A DNA stretch of 64,000 nucleotides from Myxococcota bacterium (GCA_036560185.1 DATBRS010000237.1:523-64522), one strand, 5' to 3'; counted from the stretch's first letter, positions 29,589 to 39,556 are shown. Notes: a model not told the origin generated them from the sequence alone. A program made the numbers and translations.

Positions 29589-32147
29589 TCAGAAGCGGAC
29601 CGAGAGCCGCGTGTACACGTAGCGGCCGTTGATGCCGATCGGCGACAACACGTCGTAGGGCAGATTCCCGAAGTAGTTGATGTCGGAGCTCGAGCGGTCG
29701 GGGTAGTTGTCGAGAACGTTCGCGACGCCGAGCGCGAGCGCGATCTTGTCGGTGAGGTGGTACTCGCCCTCGAGATCGAGCTGCAGCTCGGTCCCGTAGC
29801 GCTGCGACGGCTCGAAGCCGCCGCCGAAGTTGAACACGCGCTCGGTCGCCGCGAATGCGCTGAGGCGCGCCAGCAGCGAGAGGTCGTCGTTCTCCCAGTC
29901 GGCGGTGACGACGGTCTTCCACTTCGGCGCCGCCGTCTCGAGCGTGTTCGTCTCCTCGACGCCGACGAGGCGGAAGCTCGGGTACAGGTCCGTCAGCTCG
30001 CTCGGCGTCTCGGCGTAGTCGCAAACGTCCGTGTCGGCGAAGCTGAACGAGACGTCGAAGTCGAAGTCGCCGTCGAACAGCTCGTGCGCGTAGCTCACGA
30101 CGACGTCGACGCCGCGCGTGCGCGTGTCGACCGCGTTCGTGAAATAGCGGACCGACTCGACGTCCGCGCCGCCGGGGAGCGTGCTCACGTAGTCGACGAA
30201 GTACGTGTTCACGCCGTCGTCGAAGAAGCGCTCCGAGAGCGTGATGCGGTCGTCCACCGTGATGCGGAAGAAATCGAGCGAGGCCGAGAAGTCGCCGAGC
30301 TGCGCGGTGATGCCGAAGCTCAGGTTGAACGCGGTCTCCGCGTCGAGCTCCTCCGCCCCGAGCGCCTCCGCGATCGGGTCGTACGCCGGCAGCGTGCGCG
30401 TGCGCACGAGCGAGCTGCCGGAGCCGAAGCTGGTCGTCGTGTCGGCGAAGCCCTCCTGCTGCACCGCCGGCGCTCGGAAGCTGTTCGAGATCGCACCGCG
30501 CAGCGTCACCGCCTCGCTGAGGTCGAACGCCGCCGAGAGCTTGCCGGTGAGCTCGCCGCCGAAATCCGAGTAGTGCTCGTAGCGCGCGGCGAGGTCGAGC
30601 AAGAGGCGCGGCAGCACCTCGGCGGCCACGTCGGCGTAGAGGCCTACGACATCGCGCTGCATCTCGACCTCGTCGGCTGGCGTGAGGCCCGGCCCGGCCT
30701 GCGCGCCGATCGCGCACGCCGGATCGACGGGATAGCCCGGCGCGCACGCGACGAACGAGCCCGCCTGATAGCTCGCGGGCTCGCCCGCGCGCGTCACGTA
30801 GCTCTCGCGGCGATACTCGAAGCCGGCGATCACCGTCAGCGGCCCTGCGAGCGCCGCGATCTCGAGATCGCGCGTCGCGTCGACGTTCGCGATCAGCTGC
30901 TCGAACTCGTAGCCGCCGGAGTCGAAGCGCGTCGGGCTCGCCGCACCGAGCGACGGGTTCTGCGAGTCGTCGACGCCGTACTCGAACTCGTTGCGACCGA
31001 AGCCGAGGCTCGAGTCGACGCTCCAGCCCGCGAGGTCCCACTCGACGCCAGTGGTGAAGGAGAGATCCTGGTCGTCGCCGCGCGTCTTCGGCAGATACCC
31101 GTCCGCGTACACGCCGGGCCAGTTCTGATAGCCGACCGGGTAGCGGAAGAACGCGGCGCCCCCGCGCGTCTCGCGCTCGCCGAACGTGCCGAAGCCGTAC
31201 AGCACGACTTCTCCGACGGGGATCTCAGTGTTGAACCACAGCCCGTAGCTCTCGGTGTTGGGGTCGCCCATCGCGTAGCTGCGGCGGCCCGCGAGGTAGG
31301 CGTTCAGCGGATCCTCGAAGAAGGGAATCTGATCGAAGCCCGCGCGGTTCGTCGCGTTGCGGTTCTCGATGTCGATGCCGACGCGCAGGAAACCCTCTTC
31401 GCGGAACGCGAAGCCGGTGCTCGCGGCGAGCGTGAAGGTCTCGCCGTCCTTGATGTCCTGGTGCGTCGGGTCGAGATGCGTGATGTGCTCGCCGAGCGTG
31501 ACCTCGATGTCGGTGTGCTCGGGATCCTGGTCGAGCAGGATGTTGATCACGCCCGCGATGGCGTCGCTGCCGTACTGCGCGCCGGCGCCGTCGCGCAGGA
31601 TCTCGACGCGCTCCACGGCCTCGAGCGGGATCGTGTTGAGATCCACCGCCGCGGTGCCGCGGCCGATCTTCGTCTCGCTGTTCACGATCGCGGAGGGATG
31701 GCGCCGTTTGCCGTTCACCAGCACCAGCAGCTGGTCGGGCGAGAGGCCGCGCAGCTGACCCGCGCGCACGTGGTCGGAGGTGCCCGAGTTCGATTGGCGC
31801 GGGAAGCTGAAGGAGGGCGCGAGCACGGCAAGCGCTTGGCCGAGCTCCTGGGCCACGGCGCCGGAGCTCGCGAGCTCGCTGGCGCTCAGCAGATCGACCG
31901 GCACCGGGCTGTCGAGCACGGTGCGGCCTTTCGCGGCCGTGCCCGTGACGATCAGCTCCTCGACGCTGGCGTCGGCCGCTTCCGCCTCCGGCTCCTTCGC
32001 GGCGGTCGCAGCCGACTGCGCGAGCGCCGGCGCCGCGAACGCGGCGACCAGGACGGCGAGCGCGAGCTGGGGGATCGGACGCACTCGAACTCCCTTCCCA
32101 TTTCGGGGCGAGCGAGGAGCGGGACGCGCACCGGCAAAGCGCGGCAC
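29589..32147 (-). CDS. TonB-dependent outer-membrane receptor
   Basis: 852 aa. Signal peptide, TonB-box/plug region EELIVTGTAAKGRTVLDSPVPVDLL, beta-barrel repeats, and terminal aromatic residue (LSVRF). The exact start is uncertain. Confidence 0.9.
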   Translation of the reverse strand: MPRFAGARPAPRSPRNGKGVRVRPIPQLALAVLVAAFAAPALAQSAATAAKEPEAEAADASVEELIVTGTAAKGRTVLDSPVPVDLLSASELASSGAVAQELGQALAVLAPSFSFPRQSNSGTSDHVRAGQLRGLSPDQLLVLVNGKRRHPSAIVNSETKIGRGTAAVDLNTIPLEAVERVEILRDGAGAQYGSDAIAGVINILLDQDPEHTDIEVTLGEHITHLDPTHQDIKDGETFTLAASTGFAFREEGFLRVGIDIENRNATNRAGFDQIPFFEDPLNAYLAGRRSYAMGDPNTESYGLWFNTEIPVGEVVLYGFGTFGERETRGGAAFFRYPVGYQNWPGVYADGYLPKTRGDDQDLSFTTGVEWDLAGWSVDSSLGFGRNEFEYGVDDSQNPSLGAASPTRFDSGGYEFEQLIANVDATRDLEIAALAGPLTVIAGFEYRRESYVTRAGEPASYQAGSFVACAPGYPVDPACAIGAQAGPGLTPADEVEMQRDVVGLYADVAAEVLPRLLLDLAARYEHYSDFGGELTGKLSAAFDLSEAVTLRGAISNSFRAPAVQQEGFADTTTSFGSGSSLVRTRTLPAYDPIAEALGAEELDAETAFNLSFGITAQLGDFSASLDFFRITVDDRITLSERFFDDGVNTYFVDYVSTLPGGADVESVRYFTNAVDTRTRGVDVVVSYAHELFDGDFDFDVSFSFADTDVCDYAETPSELTDLYPSFRLVGVEETNTLETAAPKWKTVVTADWENDDLSLLARLSAFAATERVFNFGGGFEPSQRYGTELQLDLEGEYHLTDKIALALGVANVLDNYPDRSSSDINYFGNLPYDVLSPIGINGRYVYTRLSVRF

Positions 32148-32193
32148 TCTATCTCAGCGCGGACGCGCCCGGAGAAGCAACGAGCGCGCGGTC

Positions 32194-34098
32194 TCAGCCG
32201 CTTCCGGAGGTGTGCGCAATCACCAGCGCGGCTGCGCCCGCGCCGAGCGGAATGCGTACCGCGCCCTCGGCCGCGGGCGCCGCGGCGCCGTCGAGCGCGA
32301 ACACGAAGCTGGCGGATTCGTCGCGGGCGAGTGCGCCGCTCGCGATCTGCGCGGCGCGCGCGCGCAGCGCGTGCCCGATCGCGACCGTGCCCAGCGTGAA
32401 GCGCGCGTTGAGCTCGACGACGGGCCGGAGGAGCTCGGCACCCGTCTCGGCATCGCGGAACGCGAAGGCGTCGACGCCGCACGGGCCGCGATAGCCGGCG
32501 CGCGCCGCGGCGCGCGCGATCTGCAGCGCGGCTTCGCGCAGCCGCCCGTCCGCCGCGAGCCCAGAGCGAACGCCGCCGCGCGCGTCGATCACGCCGCGAT
32601 GCGCGCGCACGGCGCCGGCCGGCGTCAGCTCCTGCACGAGCGTTCCCAACAACTCGACGCTGCCGCCCGGGTGCACCAGCAGCTGGGTCGACGCGTCCCA
32701 GGTGCGTGCGAGCCACGGCTCGAGCAACGCGCCGCCGCGCTCGGCGAGGCGCGGCAGAGCGGAGTGCCAACGCGCGTCGCGCCTCACACCCCCGCTCGCG
32801 CGTCCCCGCGCGCTCGTGCCGAAGCGCGGCTTCAGCACGAAGTCGCGGCGCGCCCAGGGGGGCCAGGCGGCGACGCGCGCCTCGATCGCGCGCGCCGCAT
32901 CCGGTGCGCGCAGCTCGGCCGCCTCCAGCACCGCGATCACGTCGCGCAAGCTCTCGGGCGCGAGCCCGGCCTCGCACGCGCTCCGCCACGCGAAGGCCTT
33001 GTCGTGCACCTCGCGCACGACGCCTGCCGGTGCACCGAACAGCGCGCAGCTCGCGTCGCGCGCCGCGGCCTCGGCAGCCGCATCGTTGAGCCACGCGGCG
33101 AGGCCGGCCCGCGGCAGCCACTCGAACGCGAGCGGCTCGTCCCAGAGCGCATGCCACAGCGCCGCGAGCGCGCGCGGCTGCGGCGCACTCCGCGCGCGCT
33201 CAGCAAAGGCGCCTTCCTCCGCGCCCAAGTTCGCGAGCAGCGCGAGGCCCGCGTGGCGCGAGCGCGGCGCTTCCTGCGGCGAGCGCGCGTGCCGCACGTG
33301 CGCGATGAACTTCTCGTCGAGGCCGGCCGCGTGGCGCGCTCGCGCGTCGAAGCGGCGCCCCTTCGCGCGCGCTGCGGAGAACGGGAACGGAACGGCGGCT
33401 TCGAAGCGCTGCGTGTCGCCCGCGCCCGCGACGCCGAGCTCGCGCAGCGCCCGGGCCGCGAGCGCGACGTGCCCGATCTCGTCGGCGTGCACGAGCGCGC
33501 ACACCGCGGCGCTCTCCGCATCGCCCGCCGCCGCGAACGCGTCGCGGTAGATCCCTGAGAAGTCGAGATTCGCCTGCTCGAGCGTGAGGCCCATCGCGGC
33601 GAAGAAGGCGGCGGGCGTGCCGCCCAGCAGCGCGCCGGCGTGCTTCCAGAAGTAGTCGGAGTGCGGCGCGAAATCCTCGAAGCGCGCGCCCAGCGCGGCG
33701 AGCCGATCGAGGTAGAGGCGAGCGTGGCGCTGCTCGTCCTCGAGAATTCCGGCGAGCGCGAGCGTCAACGCGAGCGGCAGCTCGGGCCAGCGCAGCAGCG
33801 CGGCGGCGAACAGCTCCGCGGCCTGCAGCTCGTGGTGCGCGAAGCGCGCGAGCGCCAGCGCGCGCGCACCGACATCGCCGAGCGCCTCGGGACGCGGCAG
33901 CGGTGCGGCGCCGGGGCCCATCGTCAGCGCGGCGCTGCGCGCAGGGCGCAGCGCGCGCGCAGCGAGCGGCGCGGCTGCGAGCTGCGTGTCACGCGGGGGA
34001 GACGCGACGAGCCGAGCGAGCGGCGCGAGCTTGGCGGCGAGCTCGCCGCTCGTGAGCACGCGCAGGCAACTCGCGCGCAGTGTGGGCTCCGAGAACAT
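32194..34098 (-). CDS. Fusion protein: N-terminal DUF455-type ferritin-like (di-iron-like) domain plus C-terminal ATP-grasp-like domain
   Basis: Start ATG at 34098 (MFSEPTLRASCLRVLTSGELAAKL). Ferritin-like helices FAHHELQAAELFAAALL and LEDEQRHARLYLDRL. C-terminal DFVLKPRFGTSARGR and VVELNARFTLGT resemble ATP-grasp strands. The domain calls are tentative. Confidence 0.6.
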   Translation of the reverse strand: MFSEPTLRASCLRVLTSGELAAKLAPLARLVASPPRDTQLAAAPLAARALRPARSAALTMGPGAAPLPRPEALGDVGARALALARFAHHELQAAELFAAALLRWPELPLALTLALAGILEDEQRHARLYLDRLAALGARFEDFAPHSDYFWKHAGALLGGTPAAFFAAMGLTLEQANLDFSGIYRDAFAAAGDAESAAVCALVHADEIGHVALAARALRELGVAGAGDTQRFEAAVPFPFSAARAKGRRFDARARHAAGLDEKFIAHVRHARSPQEAPRSRHAGLALLANLGAEEGAFAERARSAPQPRALAALWHALWDEPLAFEWLPRAGLAAWLNDAAAEAAARDASCALFGAPAGVVREVHDKAFAWRSACEAGLAPESLRDVIAVLEAAELRAPDAARAIEARVAAWPPWARRDFVLKPRFGTSARGRASGGVRRDARWHSALPRLAERGGALLEPWLARTWDASTQLLVHPGGSVELLGTLVQELTPAGAVRAHRGVIDARGGVRSGLAADGRLREAALQIARAAARAGYRGPCGVDAFAFRDAETGAELLRPVVELNARFTLGTVAIGHALRARAAQIASGALARDESASFVFALDGAAAPAAEGAVRIPLGAGAAALVIAHTSGSG

Positions 34099-34147
34099 TT
34101 CGCCGCAGCGTAACGTCCATGCTGCTTCGAATCGGCTGGGAGACTCC

Positions 34148-35266
34148 GTGATTTCGCGAACCGCGCTGCTCTCGCTTGTTGGGCTCGCGGCGCTCTGCGC
34201 GAGCGCGGCCGCAGCCCGCGCGCCGGAGCTGCCGCGCGAGCTGCGCGGCCGGGTCGCGATCGAGGTCACGCGCTGCCGGCCGATCGGGCGCGGCGACGCG
34301 CTGCTCGAAGCCGACGTGCGCGTGCGCGCGAACGCGACCGGCGTCGCGCTGCCGGGCCTGCACTGCGGCGCCTACGACGACGACGGCTCGCCGTTCTTTC
34401 TCACGCCCGTCACGGGCCGGCTGAACCTGCGCGCCGAAGACGTGCAGAAATTCAGCGTGCGCTTTGCCGCCGACGCGACCCATCGCGAGTGCGGCTGCAC
34501 GGTGCGCGACGTGCGTCCGCTCGCGCGCGAGGACGAAAGCCGCGAGTTCAGCGGCGTCGACGCCGAGTTCGACGCGTTCGTCGCGGGTCTGTCGGGTGAG
34601 GCACCGGCGGCTGCGACCGAGGCGACGCCTGCGGCGCTGCCCGAGGCGGGAGCGACGGAGCCGCAGCTGAGCGCACCAGCGCCGGGCGGCAGCGGCCCGG
34701 CGGAGATCTCGCAGGGCGAGCCGCCGACGGACGACGCCGCGGCGGTCGCGCCGATGCTCGAGTTCGCTCCGCCGGCGCTGCGCTACGAGCGCATGCTCGC
34801 GCCGAACGTACCGCTGCGCGCCGCGGCCTCGCCGCGCGCGGCGATCACGGGCCTCGCGCAGCCCGGCACGCGCATCGCGGTCGATCGCATCGAGCGCGGC
34901 TGGAAGCTCGCCCGCACGCCCGACGGCCTGACGGGCTGGCTCCCGAGCGACGCAGCCACGCCGGACATCGCGGCGCCCGAACGCATGGCGGAGCAGCTCG
35001 CGCCCCTGCACGCCGCGCTCTCGCCGAGCGCCAGCACCAGCGAGGCGCTGTGTGCGTCGCTGGAGCGAACGGCGCTCGGCGAGCTCGTCGCCGCGTGGCG
35101 CATTCAGGAGCGCGCGGTCTACGTGCGCCCGCTCTGGTACGCGCTCGCGCCAGAGGATCGCGACGCCTTCCAGGCCTGGGCGGCAGCCTGCTACTCGACG
35201 GCGCGGGTGATGGACGCGATGACCGGCCGCGAGATCCGCAGCGAGGAATGGGAGCCGCCGCGCTGA
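34148..35266 (+). CDS. Secreted hypothetical protein with a low-complexity linker and SH3-like C-terminal module
   Basis: GTG at 34148 gives the signal peptide ISRTALLSLVGLAALCASAAAA. An Ala/Pro/Glu linker follows. LRAAASPRAAITGLAQPGTRIAVDRIERGWKLARTPDGLTGWLPS resembles bacterial SH3. Confidence 0.55.
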   Translation: MISRTALLSLVGLAALCASAAAARAPELPRELRGRVAIEVTRCRPIGRGDALLEADVRVRANATGVALPGLHCGAYDDDGSPFFLTPVTGRLNLRAEDVQKFSVRFAADATHRECGCTVRDVRPLAREDESREFSGVDAEFDAFVAGLSGEAPAAATEATPAALPEAGATEPQLSAPAPGGSGPAEISQGEPPTDDAAAVAPMLEFAPPALRYERMLAPNVPLRAAASPRAAITGLAQPGTRIAVDRIERGWKLARTPDGLTGWLPSDAATPDIAAPERMAEQLAPLHAALSPSASTSEALCASLERTALGELVAAWRIQERAVYVRPLWYALAPEDRDAFQAWAAACYSTARVMDAMTGREIRSEEWEPPR

Positions 35267-35296
35267 GGCGCGCGAGCTCGCGAGCTGAACGCGCGC

Positions 35297-36463
35297 TCAG
35301 CCGAGGCCCGCGTAGGCCGCGCGGATCAGGCGGTAGCCGCGCGGATCGCCCGCGATGCCCGCCTGCATCTGGTTCATCACGTACGCGAAGCCGATGCCGG
35401 CGTCCGGGTCGGCGAAGGCGATCGAGCCGCCGGCGCCCGGATGCCCGAACGAGCTCTTGTTGGGTCCGAGCGGCATCGCGTCGTGGTGCAGCATGAAGCC
35501 CAGACCGAAGCGCGTCGGCATGCCCATCAGCACCGCGTCCCTGCCGAAGACCTGCTCGGTGCGGGCCCGCCGCGTCCAATCGGGCGAGAGCACGCGCACG
35601 CCGTCGTGCTCGCCGCGCGCCGCGAGAATGCCGTAGACCTTCGCGAGCGAGCGAGCGTCGCCGTGGCCGTTCGCGGCGGGCAGCTCCGCGCGCCGCCACG
35701 CACTGGTGTTCACCACGCCGCGGCGTTGGCGCGGATTGTTGAAGGCGGCGCTCGTCACCGAGTCGTCGGCCTGCGTCGCGAAGGTCGCGAGCGCGTCCTT
35801 CTCCCCGGGCGCCACGGGTGTCGGAATCATCTCGGCGCAGCGCGCGAGCGCCGCCTCGGGCACGCCGATGTGGAAGTCGAGGCCCAAGGGCTGCGCGAGC
35901 TCCTCGCGGAAGTAGCCGCCGAGCGTGCGCCCATCGACGCGCCGCACCACTTCGCCGACCAGGTGCCCGAAGGTCACCGCGTGGTAGCCGTGCTTCGTGC
36001 CCGGCTCCCACCACGGGGCCTGCGCGGCCAGCGCGTCGCAGACCGCGCGCCAATCGAAGAGCGCCTCGTCGGGCAGCTTCTCGCGCACGCCAGCTAGCCC
36101 CGCCTGGTGCGTGAGCAGCCAGCGCACGGGAATCGCGGCCTTGCCGTTCGCCGCGAACTCCGGCCAATAGCGCGCGACGGGCGCGTCGAGGTCGAGCGCG
36201 CCGCGCTCGGCGAGCCGCAGCGCGCACAGCGCCGTCATCCCCTTCGTGGTCGAGTAGACGTTGGCGATCGTGTCGCGCTGCCACGGCCGCGTCTTCGCCG
36301 CGTCCGCGCTGCCCGCCCACAAGTCGACCGCGAGCTCGCCCTCGCGCCACAGCGCCACCGCCGCGCCGACCTCGCTCTTGCCGTCGGGGCGATCGAAGCT
36401 GCGCGCGAAGACTTCGCGCACCTTCTCGAATTGCGGCTCGCAGCTTCCGTGGATCTCGATCAC
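35297..36463 (-). CDS. Serine hydrolase of the beta-lactamase (class C / EstB-like) family
   Basis: GTG at 36463 with GGAGG 7 nt upstream. SxxK motif in VYSTTKGMTAL. 388 aa. The rest of the 623-aa track ORF is off-frame-looking. Confidence 0.85.
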   Translation of the reverse strand: MIEIHGSCEPQFEKVREVFARSFDRPDGKSEVGAAVALWREGELAVDLWAGSADAAKTRPWQRDTIANVYSTTKGMTALCALRLAERGALDLDAPVARYWPEFAANGKAAIPVRWLLTHQAGLAGVREKLPDEALFDWRAVCDALAAQAPWWEPGTKHGYHAVTFGHLVGEVVRRVDGRTLGGYFREELAQPLGLDFHIGVPEAALARCAEMIPTPVAPGEKDALATFATQADDSVTSAAFNNPRQRRGVVNTSAWRRAELPAANGHGDARSLAKVYGILAARGEHDGVRVLSPDWTRRARTEQVFGRDAVLMGMPTRFGLGFMLHHDAMPLGPNKSSFGHPGAGGSIAFADPDAGIGFAYVMNQMQAGIAGDPRGYRLIRAAYAGLG

Positions 36464-36553
36464 GTGCGCACCTCCGGCGGTCGCGCGCGAGCGTAAGCCG
36501 GACGGCGCCGCCGCGGTAACGTGCGCCGCTCGCCGCACGACGCAGGAGCTCCC

Positions 36554-37330
36554 ATGCCTGATCGCCTCTCCGGAAAACGCGCGCTCGTGACGGGCGCTTC
36601 CTCCGGAATCGGCAGCGCCTGCGTGAGGCGCTTCGCGGCGGAGGGCGCGCGCGTCGCGGGCCTCGACCTCACGAAGCCCGCCGGCGATCTGCCGCTCGCA
36701 GCGTTCGAGGAAGCCGACGTGCGCGACGAAGATCAGGTGAAGCGCGCGATCGGCGCGATCGACGAGGCGCTCGGCGGCATCGACTGCGTGATCAACGCCG
36801 CGGGCGTCGCCGGCGGCACGCTCGCCCACGAGCTCGAGCTCGCCGAGTGGCGGCGCATTCTCGACATCAACCTGACCGGCACGTTCCTGGTCGCGAAACA
36901 CGCGATCGCGGCGATGCTGCGGCGCAAGCGTCCGGGCGCGATCGTGAACCTCGCGAGCGTGTACGGGCTCGAGGGCGGCGAGTCGACCGCTCCCTACAAC
37001 GCGTCGAAGGGCGGCGTCGTGCTGCTGACGCGCAACCTCGCGCTCGACTACGGCCCGCAGCGCATCCGCAGCAACGCGATCTGCCCCGGCTTCATCCGCA
37101 CGCCGATGACCGCCGCGCTGAACGATCCCACGCTGAAGGAGGTGGCCGACCGCGTGGTGCAGGCGCACCCGCTCGGCCGGCTCGGCGAGCCCGAGGAGAT
37201 CGCTGCCGCCGCGCTCTTCCTGTGCTCCGACGACGCCTCGTTCGTGAACGGCGCCGCGCTCGCCGTCGACGGCGGCTACACCGCTGGCAAGCGCCTCGGC
37301 ATCAGCGCCGAGGCGATGCCGAAGCCCTGA
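36554..37330 (+). CDS. Short-chain dehydrogenase/reductase (FabG-like)
   Basis: ATG at 36554 after AGGAG. TGASSGIGSA cofactor motif, NAAG, and YNASKGGV catalytic motif. Confidence 0.9.
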   Translation: MPDRLSGKRALVTGASSGIGSACVRRFAAEGARVAGLDLTKPAGDLPLAAFEEADVRDEDQVKRAIGAIDEALGGIDCVINAAGVAGGTLAHELELAEWRRILDINLTGTFLVAKHAIAAMLRRKRPGAIVNLASVYGLEGGESTAPYNASKGGVVLLTRNLALDYGPQRIRSNAICPGFIRTPMTAALNDPTLKEVADRVVQAHPLGRLGEPEEIAAAALFLCSDDASFVNGAALAVDGGYTAGKRLGISAEAMPKP

Positions 37331-37409
37331 AGCAAGCGAAGCGCGCAGCGAGGCGGAGTCCTCGGAGCCGAGCGAAGTCGAACAGTGGCCTCCGCGTTTG
37401 CAGAGGGAT

Positions 37410-38651
37410 TCAGTCCGCGCCGATGCCCGCGATCGGCGTGCCCTCGTTCTGAGCGGGCGCGGCGATGCCGAGCAGGCGCGCGACGCTGGCGGCGACGTCG
37501 AGCGCGCGCACGCGGCCGAGTCTCGTTCCGGGCGCGATGCCGCGCCCGAGCGCGAACAGGATTCCGCGCATCGCGGGCACTCGCTCCGCGTCGTAGCCGT
37601 GCACGCCGACCTCGCCGCCCCAGAGCGCGGACGCGCGCCGCCAGAAGTCGAACTGGCTCCACGCGTCGGTGAACGCGAGCGGCGCGTCGGCGAGCAGCAC
37701 CACGTCGCCCGCGTTCGGGTGCGCGTAGCGCAGCGCGGCCGGCAGCTCGGCGCGGGCGTAGGCGTGCACGCGCGACTCGGCGGCGCGCAGCTTGCGCGCC
37801 GCGTCTGCGGCGTCCGCCGGCGCAGCGAGCGTGACGAGCGCGAGCGCGCTCGCGTTGATCGCGCGGCCCTCTACGCCCGCTGCCGCAAGCAGGTCGTTCG
37901 CGTCGAGCGCATCGCCCGCCGCGAGCATGCCGTGGTCGCTGACGACGAGCAGCGTGAGCTCGGACCAGCGCTCGCGCGCGTCGATGCCCGCGAGCAGGCG
38001 CGCGAGCTCCGCGTCTTGCTCGCGCAGCGCGGCGCGCGTCTCCTCCGCATCCGGGCCGTAGCGATGGCCTGCGCCGTCCGCGCCGTGCCACCACGACATC
38101 ACGAGCCCGGGCCGCTGCGCCTCGGGCAGATCGAGCCACGCGAGGATCTGTCTCACCTTCTCGCTCTCGGGCAGTTCCTCGTCGAAGGGCGCGCGGCGAT
38201 GGCTGGGTGCGACGCCGTGCCAATCCGTCTCGGAGATCGGCCAGAAGAACGTCGCGGCGCGCACGCCCTGGCGCTCTGCCGCGGCCCAGAGCGGCTCGGC
38301 CGCGAGCGCCGCCGGGCCCGAGCCGTATCGGAACTCGCCGCCCGCCGTCTCGAACAGATTGTTGACGATGCCGTGGCGATCCGGATGTGCGCCGGTCGAG
38401 AGCGTCGTGTGCGCCGGAAACGTGATCGAGGGAAACGCGGGCAGCAGCGACTCGGCGCGTGCGCCTTCTCTCGCGATGCGCGCGAACGCGGGCAGCGCGT
38501 CACGGTCCGGATAGTCGTGCCGCACGCCGTCCATCGAGATCAGGATCACGACGGGCTTCGCGAGCCCGGGCGCCGCGAGCGCGAGACTCGCGGCGAGGCC
38601 GCACAGGAATCCGCGAGCGGCTGCACCTGCACGCGCCCGCGCGCGGCTCAC
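37410..38651 (-). CDS. Secreted nucleotide pyrophosphatase/phosphodiesterase (NPP, alkaline-phosphatase superfamily)
   Basis: 413 aa with a GTG start and a signal peptide. VILISMDGVRHDY and FPSITFPAHTTLSTGAHPDRHGIVNN match the NPP metal and nucleophile motifs. Confidence 0.85.
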   Translation of the reverse strand: MSRARARAGAAARGFLCGLAASLALAAPGLAKPVVILISMDGVRHDYPDRDALPAFARIAREGARAESLLPAFPSITFPAHTTLSTGAHPDRHGIVNNLFETAGGEFRYGSGPAALAAEPLWAAAERQGVRAATFFWPISETDWHGVAPSHRRAPFDEELPESEKVRQILAWLDLPEAQRPGLVMSWWHGADGAGHRYGPDAEETRAALREQDAELARLLAGIDARERWSELTLLVVSDHGMLAAGDALDANDLLAAAGVEGRAINASALALVTLAAPADAADAARKLRAAESRVHAYARAELPAALRYAHPNAGDVVLLADAPLAFTDAWSQFDFWRRASALWGGEVGVHGYDAERVPAMRGILFALGRGIAPGTRLGRVRALDVAASVARLLGIAAPAQNEGTPIAGIGAD

Positions 38652-39070
38652 TCCGAAACTTCCGCGTGTCCCGCGGCGCGCAGCGCAGCCCGCAGCTTCG
38701 CCGCGGCCTGGTCGAGTTTGGCGGGCGACGGGCTCTTTTCCGCACGGGCGAAGTCGAGGTCGCGCAGCTCGTGAATCGGCACCACGTGCAGATGCACGTG
38801 GGGCACCTCGAGCCCTGCGATCATCAAGCCCACCTTCACCGGCGCGAAGGCCGCTTGCACCGCGCGACCGATCTTCTGGGCGACGACCGTCAGGTGCGCG
38901 GCCTCCGCCTCTTCGAGATCGAGCCAGTGATCGACCTCGCGGATCGGCACGACCAGCGTGTGCCCCGGCTGGAGCGGCGCGATCGTGAGGAACGCGACGC
39001 AGCGCGCGTCGCGCCAGATGAAGCGGCCGGGCAGCTCGCCCCGGATGATGCGTGTGAACAGGCTCGGCAT
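38648..39070 (-). CDS. HIT-family nucleotide hydrolase/transferase
   Basis: 140 aa. Histidine triad VPHVHLHVVP. The stop overlaps the NPP GTG start (GTGA). Confidence 0.9.
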   Translation of the reverse strand: MPSLFTRIIRGELPGRFIWRDARCVAFLTIAPLQPGHTLVVPIREVDHWLDLEEAEAAHLTVVAQKIGRAVQAAFAPVKVGLMIAGLEVPHVHLHVVPIHELRDLDFARAEKSPSPAKLDQAAAKLRAALRAAGHAEVSE

Positions 39071-39114
39071 GCGCGCGACTTTATCCCGGCGCCGGCGCGA
39101 ACGTCGGCGGTAGA

Positions 39115-39528
39115 GTGCGCGACATGATCCGCAGCGCGCGTCCCCTCCTGCTCGTCGCCGCCCTGCTCGCGCTCTCCGCGTGCGCGCGCGGGCAGGCGCC
39201 GTCCGGCGGGCCGGTTCAGCCCGGCGAGCTCGCGAGCGTGCTCGCGGGCGCGGATGCGCCGCTGCTGCTCGACGTGCGCACGCCCGACGAGTTCGCGCAG
39301 GGCCACGTGCCCGGCGCGACGCTGGTGCCGGTGCAGGAGCTCGAGGCGCGACTCGCGGAGCTGGACGCCTACAAGACGCGCGGCGTCGTCACGTACTGCG
39401 AAGTCGGCGGCCGCGCGAGCAAGGCTGCGGAGCTGCTGCGCGCCCACGGCTTCGCGAACGTGCGGCAGCTCGACGGCAGCATGAAGCGCTGGCGCGAGGA
39501 AGCGCGCGAGGTCGCTACCGGCTCGTGA
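39115..39528 (+). CDS. Rhodanese-domain lipoprotein (sulfurtransferase)
   Basis: 137 aa. Lipobox LALSAC. Active-site loop YCEVGGRAS. Confidence 0.85.
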   Translation: MRDMIRSARPLLLVAALLALSACARGQAPSGGPVQPGELASVLAGADAPLLLDVRTPDEFAQGHVPGATLVPVQELEARLAELDAYKTRGVVTYCEVGGRASKAAELLRAHGFANVRQLDGSMKRWREEAREVATGS

Positions 39529-39556
39529 GCGGCGGGGCAGCGCGCAGGGAAATCGC

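Noticed and set aside
29511-32399. Very long ORFs antisense to, or out of frame with, recognised genes. Examples: 29511..32399 +, 45256..48390 -, 58042..59493 -, 58056..60626 +, 47282..50095 +, 22097..24097 -, 16884..18671 +.
   Set aside because: Their translations are Arg/Ala/Pro/Gly-rich low-complexity strings, typical of non-coding frames in ~70% GC DNA. Each is fully overlapped by a gene with clear family motifs in another frame.
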